DNA of 64,000 nt from Candidatus Latescibacterota bacterium (GCA_965222605.1 OZ244960.1:256001-320000), one strand, 5' to 3'. Counted from the first letter of the stretch, positions 8,369 to 18,307 are shown. The notes: a model not told the origin generated them from the sequence alone. Translations and numbers: made by a program.

Positions 8369-10741
8369 ATGAGGAAGCGATTCATAATTCGCCTGGGGCT
8401 GGTCGTGTTGATCAGCTTTTTTGGTCCTGGCTCGCCCAAAGGGGAAACAACAATAGACGCGCTGTTTCAGGCGGCAGAGCAGCAAGTCGGCAAGGTGAGT
8501 CGGAAGGAAAGCATCAAGGCGTTCGAGGAGATTGTTTCTAAAGATAGAGATTATGCCCCTGCATACAACGAATTGGCCAAACTGCATCTATTGGACCACA
8601 GCGTAAATGGCCGACAGCGCGCAATGCGGATGATACAGCAGGCAATCGCAATTGATCCCGACAATATTGAGTATCGGCTGACACGCGGAAAGATTTTGTG
8701 GCATCAAGGCTTTCGGTCACGGGCATTCCACCAATTCAAAGACGCGATCGAAAAGCATCCGGAAAATACAGATATCCTCAATGGGCTGGGTATGTTCTGG
8801 GTGTATGAGTTTCTAAGAATAAAAGATAATTCCCAAACCCGGGATTTTAGGGGATTTGCCCGGGAAGCGAAACAAGAAGCAATTCAGGTCTTGCGAAAAA
8901 GTATCCAATTAGATGGGACCAATCAGCAACCCTATTATTTGCTGGGCATATTTTACTTTGAAGATAAATACTGGGATGCTTTTCATGCCTTGATGCAAGC
9001 CCTGCACGCGCAATATCCAGATGACAAAAATGCGCTGTTATTCTGTGGCCTTGCCGCCTATCAGATTGGCGAATTCAATGACTCGCATGACTATTATCAA
9101 CGCGCTCTTGACTTGATGAGTGTAGAAGAGCGCGAGTTACTGGACTCTATCGACCTGCTTATGCCAGAAAAAGATCATGCATCCCACGATACAACGCAGA
9201 CAATTGATGAATTATTAGAGCGCGAGATGTTTTGGAAGAGCCAGGACCCGCTCTATTTGTCTGATTTTAACGAAAGGAAAATGGAACACTTTGGTCGTAT
9301 GGCATACTCGAATTTGCGGTTCAGGCGATTTTCTGATAATGTCGAGGGTTGGCAGACAGATATGGGAAAGGCTTATATCAAATTCGGAAGATATAGAAGT
9401 AGAAAAACCTTTTATCTTTCAAAAGGTGGATCAGAGTTTCGTGCGTTTTACGAGATGCGGGAGACATGGTTTTACGAAACATTTAAGATCGAATATTGTG
9501 GGAATGGCGGTGATCGGTGGGGGTTCTGTGGTGGTTACGGGGTTGGCGGTGTCAGTTTTATTCCCCCAAATAATAGTCTCTTTGACTACTGGCGCGAAGC
9601 ACCTGATAATGCTTTTAGACGGCGAACATTTTCTTTTCCCAGTACACTTCAAGAAGCCTCGCATCATATATTCAGAAAAACAGCACAGCGTTTTATTGAT
9701 CCCTATCTCAATAGAAAATACACCCTCCCCCATCAAATCGCCGTCTTTGAAGAACGAGACAGCGTACGCGTCGAACTCAGTTATATGATTCCGAAAGACC
9801 GATTAGAAGCAGATACCGAGACTGGCGAAGTGAGTTTTTGGGATGGCGTATTCTTATTTGATGAGCATTGGGATGATGTATATAACTATCGCAAATCTAT
9901 GAGCTTCGCGCTTCCGCCTCCCCTGCCAGCCCAAAACGCCGCTGCACGGCATCGCAACGATCACTTGCTGGTCTCACGCATGTTATCCGTCCCTCAAGGC
10001 AGCTATCATTTTTCAATAGAATTGTTGGATCAAACATCCGGCGCGATTGGCATAGCACGCAATGAGGAGCAGTATGTCTATCACAATGAGATCTTTCATC
10101 TGAGTGATCTATTGGTCGGTAGCGATATTCAAGCGCGCAATGCGTTGCCAGAGAGCCGTAACGACCTGATCATCACGCCCAATCCTGTCCGCACATTTTC
10201 ACGGTCTGAACCGGTCTTTATCTATCTGGAACTGTACGACCTCAAACGCGACGATTTTGGCAGCACACAGTATGAGATCTCCTACACCATCGGCAAGCCA
10301 GAGGTAGATACCCTATCGCCCACATTGTTCGTGTCTCAAAACCTGATTGAAATGATGGGTAAAACAGAAATTGACCTGCGTAGTGGACAAGGATATTACA
10401 TCGCTTCCGAGGGTTTGCAGACAGGGCGACCACAGGAGAGTGATGAGATCGGTAGCATATTTGCCGACAGCGATATATGGGGAGATACAAAGGTTTATAC
10501 GAGCGGTGGGCAGGTTCATCATATCGCAGCAGAAGGCTTGAAGATCAAGCGATCAAAAGATGGCGATTTGGCGCGCACCGTGACAGCCAATTACGAAGGC
10601 AATCGAGAAAATGATTTCACGTATTTGCAGATTGACGTGAACCAGGTGCCATCGGGGATCTATCAATTAACGGTATTGGCAAAGGACAAGCGGACAGAGC
10701 AGACGGATAGGAAATATGTCTATTTTCGCATTATTGAGTAA
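8369..10741 (+). CDS. Exported TPR + GWxTD-domain protein (paralog)
   Basis: GWQTDMGKAYIKFG motif; colinear with 5014-7479 except for variable segments. Confidence 0.88.
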   Translation: MRKRFIIRLGLVVLISFFGPGSPKGETTIDALFQAAEQQVGKVSRKESIKAFEEIVSKDRDYAPAYNELAKLHLLDHSVNGRQRAMRMIQQAIAIDPDNIEYRLTRGKILWHQGFRSRAFHQFKDAIEKHPENTDILNGLGMFWVYEFLRIKDNSQTRDFRGFAREAKQEAIQVLRKSIQLDGTNQQPYYLLGIFYFEDKYWDAFHALMQALHAQYPDDKNALLFCGLAAYQIGEFNDSHDYYQRALDLMSVEERELLDSIDLLMPEKDHASHDTTQTIDELLEREMFWKSQDPLYLSDFNERKMEHFGRMAYSNLRFRRFSDNVEGWQTDMGKAYIKFGRYRSRKTFYLSKGGSEFRAFYEMRETWFYETFKIEYCGNGGDRWGFCGGYGVGGVSFIPPNNSLFDYWREAPDNAFRRRTFSFPSTLQEASHHIFRKTAQRFIDPYLNRKYTLPHQIAVFEERDSVRVELSYMIPKDRLEADTETGEVSFWDGVFLFDEHWDDVYNYRKSMSFALPPPLPAQNAAARHRNDHLLVSRMLSVPQGSYHFSIELLDQTSGAIGIARNEEQYVYHNEIFHLSDLLVGSDIQARNALPESRNDLIITPNPVRTFSRSEPVFIYLELYDLKRDDFGSTQYEISYTIGKPEVDTLSPTLFVSQNLIEMMGKTEIDLRSGQGYYIASEGLQTGRPQESDEIGSIFADSDIWGDTKVYTSGGQVHHIAAEGLKIKRSKDGDLARTVTANYEGNRENDFTYLQIDVNQVPSGIYQLTVLAKDKRTEQTDRKYVYFRIIE

Positions 10742-10811
10742 AGAACAGATACCAACTCGCAGATTGTGCCCGATATTCCTCCTATTCAATCAATATCAAT
10801 CAGAAATTCAC

Positions 10812-11036
10812 TCATTTCTCATACCTATGCTGATCGCGAAGGTTACGAACATAAGAGATACCATCAGAAATGTCTTCTCGATCTTTCCAGAGACCAAAAA
10901 ATGAAAATGACTTCATCGCTTCCACTTTGTCCGCTTCTTGAATATGAACCTCTCCTGTGACCCCTTCATCAATTCCCCGCAGTGTTTCAAGCGGTATGAA
11001 GACACCATTCTCATATTTTACAGGAATTGATCGCAT
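10812..11036 (-). CDS. Antitoxin-like protein (AF2212/DUF104 type), no adjacent toxin
   Basis: MRSIPVKYENGVFIPLE N-terminus and FGLWKDREDI..YVR.LR C-terminus; GAGGAG RBS; promoter TTGACC-17-TAAATT at 11132-11104. Confidence 0.7.
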   Translation of the reverse strand: MRSIPVKYENGVFIPLETLRGIDEGVTGEVHIQEADKVEAMKSFSFFGLWKDREDISDGISYVRNLRDQHRYEK

Positions 11037-11146
11037 AATAAATACTCCTCTTTAAGTAAAAACAAACCCTCACTGCTATCCAATTTATGCTACCCGTGTG
11101 AGAAATTTACTCAGCTTTGGGACATAGGTCAAGGAATCCCCCTCCT

Positions 11147-12313
11147 TCACCCCACCCGCTCTGCGCCATTGACTGCTGAACAAACGTAAATCTCAGGGGT
11201 CAAACCAGTTATCCTGGGATACTGCTCATTTACCGCATCTGTCAGGGCTGGCACAGCGTCCCATTCAACGATATTCACAGTACATCCTCCAAAACCCGCA
11301 CCGGTCATCCGCGCACCGAGCACCCCCGGTACATTTAGAGCGATATCTACCAGCAGATCGAGTTCTTTTCCACTCACATTGTAATCATCTCGCAAACTCT
11401 CGTGGGATGCGACCATCAACGCGCCAAACCTCGACAGATCGCCCTTTCTCAGTAATGCAACCGCCCACTGCGTGCGTTCATTTTCCGTTATAACATGGCG
11501 GCACCGCTTCAGCACGGTTTCCGATAGCGCGCCACCGTAAACATCCAGCATCTCCATCGACACATCGCGCAGTGCCCGTATATCTGCTCCCATCGCCCGT
11601 GCGAGAAGCGAAACCCCACTTTCACAGGCAGACCGCCGATCATTATATGCCGAATCCGTCAGCCCGCGCGTCACGCCCGAGTTACAAATCACAATCTGCA
11701 CACCATCGCCAAAAAGTGGCACAAGCTCAAACGAAAGATCGCGGCAATCGAGAAACAGCGCGTGACCTGCCCTGCCATTTGCCGAGATAAACTGATCCAT
11801 GATCCCGCAATTAACACCCACAAAATGATTCTCTGCGCGCTGTCCCAAAAGCGCCAGATCAGGGCCACTTATCTCAATACAATTTAACGCAACCATCCCC
11901 TTTCCCACAGCCATCTCAACAGCAGCCGAACTGCTCAATCCCGCCCCCATAGGCACATTGCCCACAATCGCAGCATCAAAACCACACAGCGAATGCCCGA
12001 GTTTTTGAAACTCGCGCACCACCCCCTTTGGATAATCTGTCCAATTGCCCTGCGCCTTCAATACATCATCAACCTGGAACTCAGCCACCTCTTCGTGCAT
12101 CGCCGAGTAAATCCGCACCCGCGAATCGACCCTCGACCGCGCAGCGACAACCGCCCAGCGGTCAATCGCCGCGGGAAACACAAAGCCCTCATTGTAATCC
12201 GTGTGTTCTCCAATCAAATTGACGCGCCCCGGTGCCTGTACCGTGATATCCGCCTGTCCCTCAAAAACCAACTCAAAAGCGTCTCGCGCCTGTGCAATAA
12301 TAGAATATAACAT
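11147..12313 (-). CDS. galK: Galactokinase
   Basis: APGRVNLIGEHTDYN, GAGLSSSA, CGIMDQ and GARMTGAGFGG motifs. Confidence 0.96.
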   Translation of the reverse strand: MLYSIIAQARDAFELVFEGQADITVQAPGRVNLIGEHTDYNEGFVFPAAIDRWAVVAARSRVDSRVRIYSAMHEEVAEFQVDDVLKAQGNWTDYPKGVVREFQKLGHSLCGFDAAIVGNVPMGAGLSSSAAVEMAVGKGMVALNCIEISGPDLALLGQRAENHFVGVNCGIMDQFISANGRAGHALFLDCRDLSFELVPLFGDGVQIVICNSGVTRGLTDSAYNDRRSACESGVSLLARAMGADIRALRDVSMEMLDVYGGALSETVLKRCRHVITENERTQWAVALLRKGDLSRFGALMVASHESLRDDYNVSGKELDLLVDIALNVPGVLGARMTGAGFGGCTVNIVEWDAVPALTDAVNEQYPRITGLTPEIYVCSAVNGAERVG

Positions 12314-12319
12314 TGGAAA

Positions 12320-14488
12320 CTACTCCTGCCGATCAACCCGTACAACTTTTCGCATTGCCCATCGGATCTCCTCCGCCGTCATATTCGGATCTGAGGGATT
12401 GATGAGATTGCCAAAAATATCTGCCCCCACCACATGTTTTCGCAAACCAGGCCCTCGCAAAAGCGATGTAATGTGGATTTGCATGTGATAACCGCGATCC
12501 ACGCCATCTGTTGGTGTTTGCATCAATGCCAGAGTGTAGTGATACGGCGCGGCAAACAACCCGTCTAAGCCGCAGAGAACATCGCGCAATCCCGCAGCCA
12601 GATCGCACCGTTCTTCCCTTTCCAAATCCAGCAAACTCGCAGCGTGTGCCTTCGGCACAATAATCACATCGTAGGGAAATTGCGCGGCAAACGGAACATA
12701 AACCAGTAAATGAGAACGATCAACGATCACCCGCCGTCCATCCCCGGTTTCCACGCGATTGGCATCGCACACAAAACAGCGCCCTGTTTTCTCGCGATGG
12801 GACTCAAACGCAGCCAATTGCGGTTTCACCATCAAATCGGGAATCTCGCAATACGCATACACCTGCCCGTGTGGATGCGGTTGTGAATTGCCCATCACCG
12901 TGCCCCGGTTCTCAAAAATTAGCGGATACACAATCTCAGGCACCTCCCCCAAGCGCCCGTAAATCTCCGCCCATGCGTCAACCACCTGCACGAACGCGTC
13001 CAAAGACAGCGTCGACAAACGCTGTGCGTGATTCGGCGCATAGACCACAACCTCGCACACACCCCGAGATGTGCGCGAAAGATATGGTCCCAATTGTGCC
13101 TGCGTTTGATAGGCGTCCAATACCAGCGTGGGAAAATCATTCTCAAATGCCCACACATCCTTATAATTGGGATTCACATCGCCCGTCGCGCGCGTATTCC
13201 CGGGACAGAGATAGCATTCGGGATCATAAGCTACATCATCTGAACCCTCCATAAGTTGCGTTTCTCCGCGCCAGGGCCTGTCTGCGCGATGGGCGGCGAT
13301 ATTGACCCACCGATTCCAAAAGGGATTGAATCGCTCCTCCTGCACAACCCGATATCCGTGCGGATGAAGCCGATGCCAGTGCCAGGCGGATTCCAGCGTC
13401 TCGTGTAGCGTTTCCCTCGCAGCCCATCCCATATCGCGCTGAATGCGACTCGCATCGGCGATAAGCGTTGCGGGATCGCCACTTCGCCGCGGCCCAATCG
13501 TTTCGGGAATCGCATGACCGGTCACTGCACGCGCGGCTTCCAAAATCTCCCGTACACTCACGCCCTGTCCCCTGCCGAGATTGTACGTCGCAGACCGCCC
13601 CCCTGCCAACAACATATCCAAACTCTTAATATGTGCATCGACCAATTCCACCACAGAAATATAATCTCGCACAGCCGTGCCATCGTGGGTTGCATAATCA
13701 TCGCCAAATACGGTCATCTTCTCGCGCTGCCCCAAAGCCACTTGCAAAACAATGGGGATCAAATGCGTCTCGGGTTTGTGATCTTCACCGATCAACCGCG
13801 AGGAATCGGCACCTGCGGCATTAAAATAGCGGAGAACAACATATCGCCCACCGGTCTCTTGCTCGGCATATCGCAACATGCATTCATCCATCATTTTCGT
13901 AATGCCATAAACATTCGTGGGAATTTTTAGCAGGGCAATATCTTCTTCGCATAATTTGAAAACGATGTGTTTTTCATACCACCCCAAAAGCATCTCAAAA
14001 TTTACCGCAGCGGGCATCAATTGGCTGTTCTCAAAGCCGCCATCTGCGATCCATTCCCGCTGATAATTTTCCTTTAGCGGAATATGTTCTGCGCGAGGTT
14101 CGCCATACGTCGCCGCCGTAGATGATTTCACAATGGGCAATCCCTTGCCCATATCCAATAAATTCTGAAAAGCAATCACATTATTCTCAAAATACCTGTA
14201 TGGCTCATCTTGGGACTCTCCCACCAGCGTCCGGGCGGCAAAATCGATAATACCGCAAAAATCGTGCCCCTCAAAAACAGAGGCCAGAGCACTGCGATCG
14301 AGCAAATTGACATGCTCGAAACAGAATTGCTCTGGCCCATACACCCGTTCAAACAAGGTGACAACTTCCCGGTGTCCCGTTGACAGGTCATCCAGTACCA
14401 CAACCCGGCGATGGTCTTCCAACAGACGCCGAACCGTGTGACTGCCAACATAGCCCACCCCACCCGTCACCAAAACAGCGTCCATCAT
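12320..14488 (-). CDS. galE-galT: Fused UDP-glucose 4-epimerase / galactose-1-phosphate uridylyltransferase (GalE-GalT)
   Basis: N-terminal VLVTGGVGYVGSH, YGITK, LRYFNAAGA; C-terminal RFNP....W...A.HR..RPW, CYLCPGN, FENRG..MGNSQPHPHGQ in one ORF. Confidence 0.9.
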   Translation of the reverse strand: MMDAVLVTGGVGYVGSHTVRRLLEDHRRVVVLDDLSTGHREVVTLFERVYGPEQFCFEHVNLLDRSALASVFEGHDFCGIIDFAARTLVGESQDEPYRYFENNVIAFQNLLDMGKGLPIVKSSTAATYGEPRAEHIPLKENYQREWIADGGFENSQLMPAAVNFEMLLGWYEKHIVFKLCEEDIALLKIPTNVYGITKMMDECMLRYAEQETGGRYVVLRYFNAAGADSSRLIGEDHKPETHLIPIVLQVALGQREKMTVFGDDYATHDGTAVRDYISVVELVDAHIKSLDMLLAGGRSATYNLGRGQGVSVREILEAARAVTGHAIPETIGPRRSGDPATLIADASRIQRDMGWAARETLHETLESAWHWHRLHPHGYRVVQEERFNPFWNRWVNIAAHRADRPWRGETQLMEGSDDVAYDPECYLCPGNTRATGDVNPNYKDVWAFENDFPTLVLDAYQTQAQLGPYLSRTSRGVCEVVVYAPNHAQRLSTLSLDAFVQVVDAWAEIYGRLGEVPEIVYPLIFENRGTVMGNSQPHPHGQVYAYCEIPDLMVKPQLAAFESHREKTGRCFVCDANRVETGDGRRVIVDRSHLLVYVPFAAQFPYDVIIVPKAHAASLLDLEREERCDLAAGLRDVLCGLDGLFAAPYHYTLALMQTPTDGVDRGYHMQIHITSLLRGPGLRKHVVGADIFGNLINPSDPNMTAEEIRWAMRKVVRVDRQE

Positions 14489-14609
14489 ACCTGCTCCTCT
14501 ACAAAACTGAAAGAAAAATTATCCCTTTGCACAATTAAATATACACATTGTACAAGCAGAGACTGAACTATTTTTAGAACGCGATTATGCCCTTGCATTT
14601 GTTTTCAGC

Positions 14610-14638
14610 TTGACATCTCGCCATAAAGGTCTTATTTT
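14610..14638 (+). promoter_or_regulatory. greA promoter
   Basis: TTGACA-17 bp-TATTTT. Confidence 0.6.
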
Positions 14639-14687
14639 TTGTATATATAGACAACACACAGCTCTTTATCTGTTATGTCGTGTGTAA

Positions 14688-14740
14688 AAAAGTCTATCTC
14701 GAAACCCAATATCGGCTTCCGAGATAGACTTTTCATTTCA
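14688..14740 (+). terminator. Terminator/attenuator hairpin in the greA leader
   Basis: Perfect 14-bp inverted repeat AAAAGTCTATCTCG / CGAGATAGACTTTT followed by CATTTC, between promoter and start codon. Confidence 0.65.
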
Positions 14741-14752
14741 TGGGATATTATT

Positions 14753-15226
14753 ATGAACCGCGTTTACCTAACCAAAAGCGGGTATGAGAAAATTCGAACC
14801 GAATTGATCCGTCTGCAAACCAAAGAGCGACCAAATGTCATTGCGGCGATCAAAAAGGCGCGCGAGTTCGGCGACCTGAGCGAAAACGCCGAATATCATG
14901 CGTCCAAAGAGCGACAGGCATTTCTCGAAAAGAAAATTGCCGAATTGCAGGAAAAATTCACGAACTCGGAAATTATCGACGAAAGCCAAATCCCCAAAGA
15001 CAAAGCCTATTTGGGTGCGACGGTTAAATTACAAGATAAAAAAAATGGCAGAGAAATGCAGTACACGCTGGTCACTGTAGATGAAGCCGATTTTGACCAG
15101 AAAAAAATATCGACAGCATCTCCCATTGGCAAAGCTCTGTTGGGCAAAGGCGTTGGCGAGGTCGTCGATGTACAAGTGCCCGTCGGCATATTCACTTATG
15201 AGATTCTCGATATATCAAGAGACTGA
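14753..15226 (+). CDS. greA: Transcription elongation factor GreA
   Basis: YLTKSG...AREFGDLSENAEYHASKERQ and ISTASPIGKALLG motifs. Confidence 0.96.
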   Translation: MNRVYLTKSGYEKIRTELIRLQTKERPNVIAAIKKAREFGDLSENAEYHASKERQAFLEKKIAELQEKFTNSEIIDESQIPKDKAYLGATVKLQDKKNGREMQYTLVTVDEADFDQKKISTASPIGKALLGKGVGEVVDVQVPVGIFTYEILDISRD

Positions 15227-15242
15227 GTTTTTTATATAAACC

Positions 15243-15328
15243 AAAAGGCGACAATTGATATTGTCGCCTCTTTTTTCGTGAAACCTAAAAAAGGGCAAAT
15301 CGACAGATGTCGATTTGCCCTTAAAAAA
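15243..15328. terminator. Two back-to-back terminators between convergent greA and rplQ
   Basis: AGGCGACAAT/ATTGTCGCCT plus T-tract (15246-15276); AAGGGCAAATCGACA/TGTCGATTTGCCCTT (15291-15322) flanked by A-tracts. Confidence 0.8.
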
Positions 15329-15339
15329 TACAGAAAAAG

Positions 15340-15786
15340 TCAAGCGTCTTTTTTGTTTTCTTCTACCACCTCGTCTTCTTCAGCAGAAGTGTCAGACTCA
15401 GTTTCCACATCATCGGTTTCGGATATTGCGCCATCGACCACCAGCTCAATCAAACACAATTCGCTGCTGTCACCTCGTCTGGGACTGAGCTTGAAAATGC
15501 GCGTATATCCGCCACTTCGGTCGGCAAATGAAGGTCCAATTTCTTCAAATAACTTCGTAAGTACCACCTTATTCTGAATGCGCCGCAAAACCTGGCGTCG
15601 CGCATGCAAGTCGCCACGCTTGGCAAAAGAGATCAATCGTTCGGCGACGCCGCGCAATTCTTTTGCCTTTGGCAGTGTAGTACGCACCTTGCCATTGGCA
15701 AACAAAGATGTGGCCATATTGTTGAGCATAGCTTTTTTGTGGCTCGCCGTGCGACCCAGCTTTCTGCCCCTTTTCCCGTGCCTCAT
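15340..15786 (-). CDS. rplQ: 50S ribosomal protein L17 with acidic C-terminal tail
   Basis: MRHGKRGRKLGRTASH; TTLPKAKELR; GGYTRI. Confidence 0.97.
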   Translation of the reverse strand: MRHGKRGRKLGRTASHKKAMLNNMATSLFANGKVRTTLPKAKELRGVAERLISFAKRGDLHARRQVLRRIQNKVVLTKLFEEIGPSFADRSGGYTRIFKLSPRRGDSSELCLIELVVDGAISETDDVETESDTSAEEDEVVEENKKDA

Positions 15787-15797
15787 TGGTTTCCTCG

Positions 15798-16814
15798 TTA
15801 AAAATCGTCGTCCAAAATCGAGACGTGCTCAAATTTGGAAGCGACTTCTTGATATTTGCTCACATCAATGCCAAATGCGATGCCCAAATTTTCGAGAATA
15901 GCTGTCAATTCATTGAGTGATTTGCGACCAAAATTTCGGAATTTGAGCATTTCATTTTCCGTTTTTTGGACGAGATCTTCAAGTGTTATAATATTGGCTG
16001 CTTTTAGGCAATTGGCCGACCGCACCGACAGTTCCAACTCATCTACAGGCATCTTGAGCAGTCCTGCAATGCGGCGCGTTTCTTCATCGACAACTTCCTC
16101 TAATTCTTCTTCTGGCTCTTCTTCAAAGTTGATAAACAATTCGAGATGATCTTTCAATGTTCTCGCAGCATGAGCCACCGCATCTTCGGGGCGCACAACG
16201 CTGTTTGTCCAAACAGCTAATGAAAGTTTATCATAGTCGGTCTGCTGTCCCACTCGCGCATTATCGACTTCATAATGCACTTTGCGGATTGGCGAAAAAG
16301 CAGCATCCATCACAATAGTCCCCATGGGCTGCTCTACCTGCTTGTTTGCTTCTGCCAGCACATAACCCCGGCCTTTTCCAACGGTGATTTCCATGTCGAT
16401 CACACCGTCTTTGTCGAGTGTTGCAATATGCAAATCGGGATTCATCACTTCGACATCAGCATCGACTTGCAAATCGCCGGCCTTGAGTTCACCCGGCCCT
16501 TCTTTTTTTACATATAGCAGTTTGTCTGCATCTGTATGCACGCGCAGACAAATTTCCTTGAGATTTAGAACGATTTCCGTCACATCTTCCTCGACGCCCT
16601 CAACCACGGTAAACTCGTGCTGAATTCCTTCAATTTTCACGGCCTTAATAGCCGCCCCCTCAATGGAGGAAAGCAAGACACGGCGCAAAGCATTTCCAAT
16701 CGTAGCACCAAACCCACGCTCGAGAGGCTGAACACTAAACAGGCCGTAATTGTCACTCAGGCTTTTTTCATCGATCTGTACAAATCGAGGCATTTGAAAA
16801 TTTTTTGCGTCCAT
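15798..16814 (-). CDS. rpoA: RNA polymerase alpha subunit
   Basis: PLERGFGATIGNALRRVLLSS; LELSVRSANCL; NFGRKSL. Confidence 0.98.
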   Translation of the reverse strand: MDAKNFQMPRFVQIDEKSLSDNYGLFSVQPLERGFGATIGNALRRVLLSSIEGAAIKAVKIEGIQHEFTVVEGVEEDVTEIVLNLKEICLRVHTDADKLLYVKKEGPGELKAGDLQVDADVEVMNPDLHIATLDKDGVIDMEITVGKGRGYVLAEANKQVEQPMGTIVMDAAFSPIRKVHYEVDNARVGQQTDYDKLSLAVWTNSVVRPEDAVAHAARTLKDHLELFINFEEEPEEELEEVVDEETRRIAGLLKMPVDELELSVRSANCLKAANIITLEDLVQKTENEMLKFRNFGRKSLNELTAILENLGIAFGIDVSKYQEVASKFEHVSILDDDF

Positions 16815-16840
16815 AAACAAAAGCTCCTGATGCGCGTCTA

Positions 16841-17470
16841 TTACTTAGAGTAAAGCTCAACAATGAGTTGCTCTTCAACAGGCGTCGGTATATCATCTCG
16901 CTTGGGATATTCTACAAGCGTACCACTCAAGTTCACTTTATCTACCGAAAACCAGGACGATTGACCTGCATCACCTGTGCGCTTGAGTGCATCGTGAATA
17001 AGTTGCAATTGGCGACTTTTTTCTCGCACCTGCACAGTATCTCCCGGCGAAACCTGGAATGAAGGAATATCCACGGTTCGCCCATTGACAGCAATGTGGC
17101 GATGCCTCACGAGTTGCCGCGCTGATTTTCGAGATGGCGCAAAACCCAAACGATATATCATGTTGTCCAGACGACATTCGAGCATCTGCAAAAGCAATTC
17201 ACCCGTCACGCCCTTTCTGCGAGCGGCTTTTGAATAATACGTGCGAAACTGATTTTCCAGCACGCCGTAGATACGCTTTGTTTTTTGTTTTTCGCGGAGC
17301 TGAAGTGCGTATTCCGATGGCTTTCGACGCATGTTTTGTCCATGCATGCCGGGCGCATAACTGCGTCGGTCAAATGAACATTTGTCCATTTGACACCGCG
17401 CACCTTTGAGAAACAATTTCATGCCTTCTCGGCGACACAATTTACAATTTGGGCCAGTGTATCTCGCCAT
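16841..17470 (-). CDS. rpsD: 30S ribosomal protein S4
   Basis: MARYTGPNCKLCRREG; LECRLDN; IVELYSK. Confidence 0.98.
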   Translation of the reverse strand: MARYTGPNCKLCRREGMKLFLKGARCQMDKCSFDRRSYAPGMHGQNMRRKPSEYALQLREKQKTKRIYGVLENQFRTYYSKAARRKGVTGELLLQMLECRLDNMIYRLGFAPSRKSARQLVRHRHIAVNGRTVDIPSFQVSPGDTVQVREKSRQLQLIHDALKRTGDAGQSSWFSVDKVNLSGTLVEYPKRDDIPTPVEEQLIVELYSK

Positions 17471-17493
17471 TCAATATCTCCCTGTTTTCTGTG

Positions 17494-17877
17494 TTAAACG
17501 CGACGGCGCTTAGGAGGGCGGCAACCATTGTGCGGAATTGGGGTAACATCTTTGATCGCTGAAATTTCCAATCCAGCCGCCTGCAGCGATCGCACAGCGG
17601 CTTCTCGTCCCACGCCAGGTCCTTTGACCCAGACTTCCACCCGGCGCAAACCCATTGCCATCGCTTCTCTCGCCGCATCCGTAGCGGCCAACTGAGCAGC
17701 ATAGGGCGTGCTTTTTCTCGATCCTTGAAACCCGACTTTCCCCGTTGATGACCAGGAAATAACTCTGCCTTCACGGTCACTCAGGGTGACAATAGTATTG
17801 TTAAAACTGGCATTGACATGTGCGACGCCATGGGCATCGACGCGTCTATTCCGTCGTCTCCCTCTTCTCTCTGCCAA
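17494..17877 (-). CDS. rpsK: 30S ribosomal protein S11
   Basis: ASFNNTIVT; [18 protein letters not shown]. Confidence 0.98.
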   Translation of the reverse strand: MAERRGRRRNRRVDAHGVAHVNASFNNTIVTLSDREGRVISWSSTGKVGFQGSRKSTPYAAQLAATDAAREAMAMGLRRVEVWVKGPGVGREAAVRSLQAAGLEISAIKDVTPIPHNGCRPPKRRRV

Positions 17878-17911
17878 ACGACTCCTCCTTTGATTGTCGT
17901 GCCGCGTTTAG

Positions 17912-18286
17912 TTATGCGCTTCGTCTTCGACTGCCAATACCGGGTTTCTTTCCCTTGCGCGTCCTGGCATTGGTACGCGTCCGCTGACCTCTCACCGGCA
18001 AACCGCGACGCCATCGCAAACCGCGATAGCATCCAATATCCATCAATCGCTTGATGTTCATTGCAACTTCGCTTCGCAGGTTTCCTTCAACCTTGTATTC
18101 GCCTTCAACAACTGAGCGCAATTTGGTGACTTCCTCATCAGTCAAAGCATCTACGCGCGTATCAGGCGAAATTTGCGTCTGTGTCAAAATTTTTTGTGAC
18201 GTGCTCAAACCAATGCCCAAAATATATGTCAACGCAACTTCCACGCGCTTTTCTCTAGGAATATCTACACCTGCAATTCGGGCCAT
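17912..18286 (-). CDS. rpsM: 30S ribosomal protein S13
   Basis: [10 protein letters not shown]; [18 protein letters not shown]. Confidence 0.98.
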   Translation of the reverse strand: MARIAGVDIPREKRVEVALTYILGIGLSTSQKILTQTQISPDTRVDALTDEEVTKLRSVVEGEYKVEGNLRSEVAMNIKRLMDIGCYRGLRWRRGLPVRGQRTRTNARTRKGKKPGIGSRRRSA

Positions 18287-18307
18287 GTGATTGCGTCTCC
18301 TATGAGG

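Noticed and set aside
5014-10741. Diversity-generating retroelement acting on the GWxTD paralogs
   Set aside because: No reverse transcriptase or template repeat in the window; differences include large indels and are not adenine-specific.
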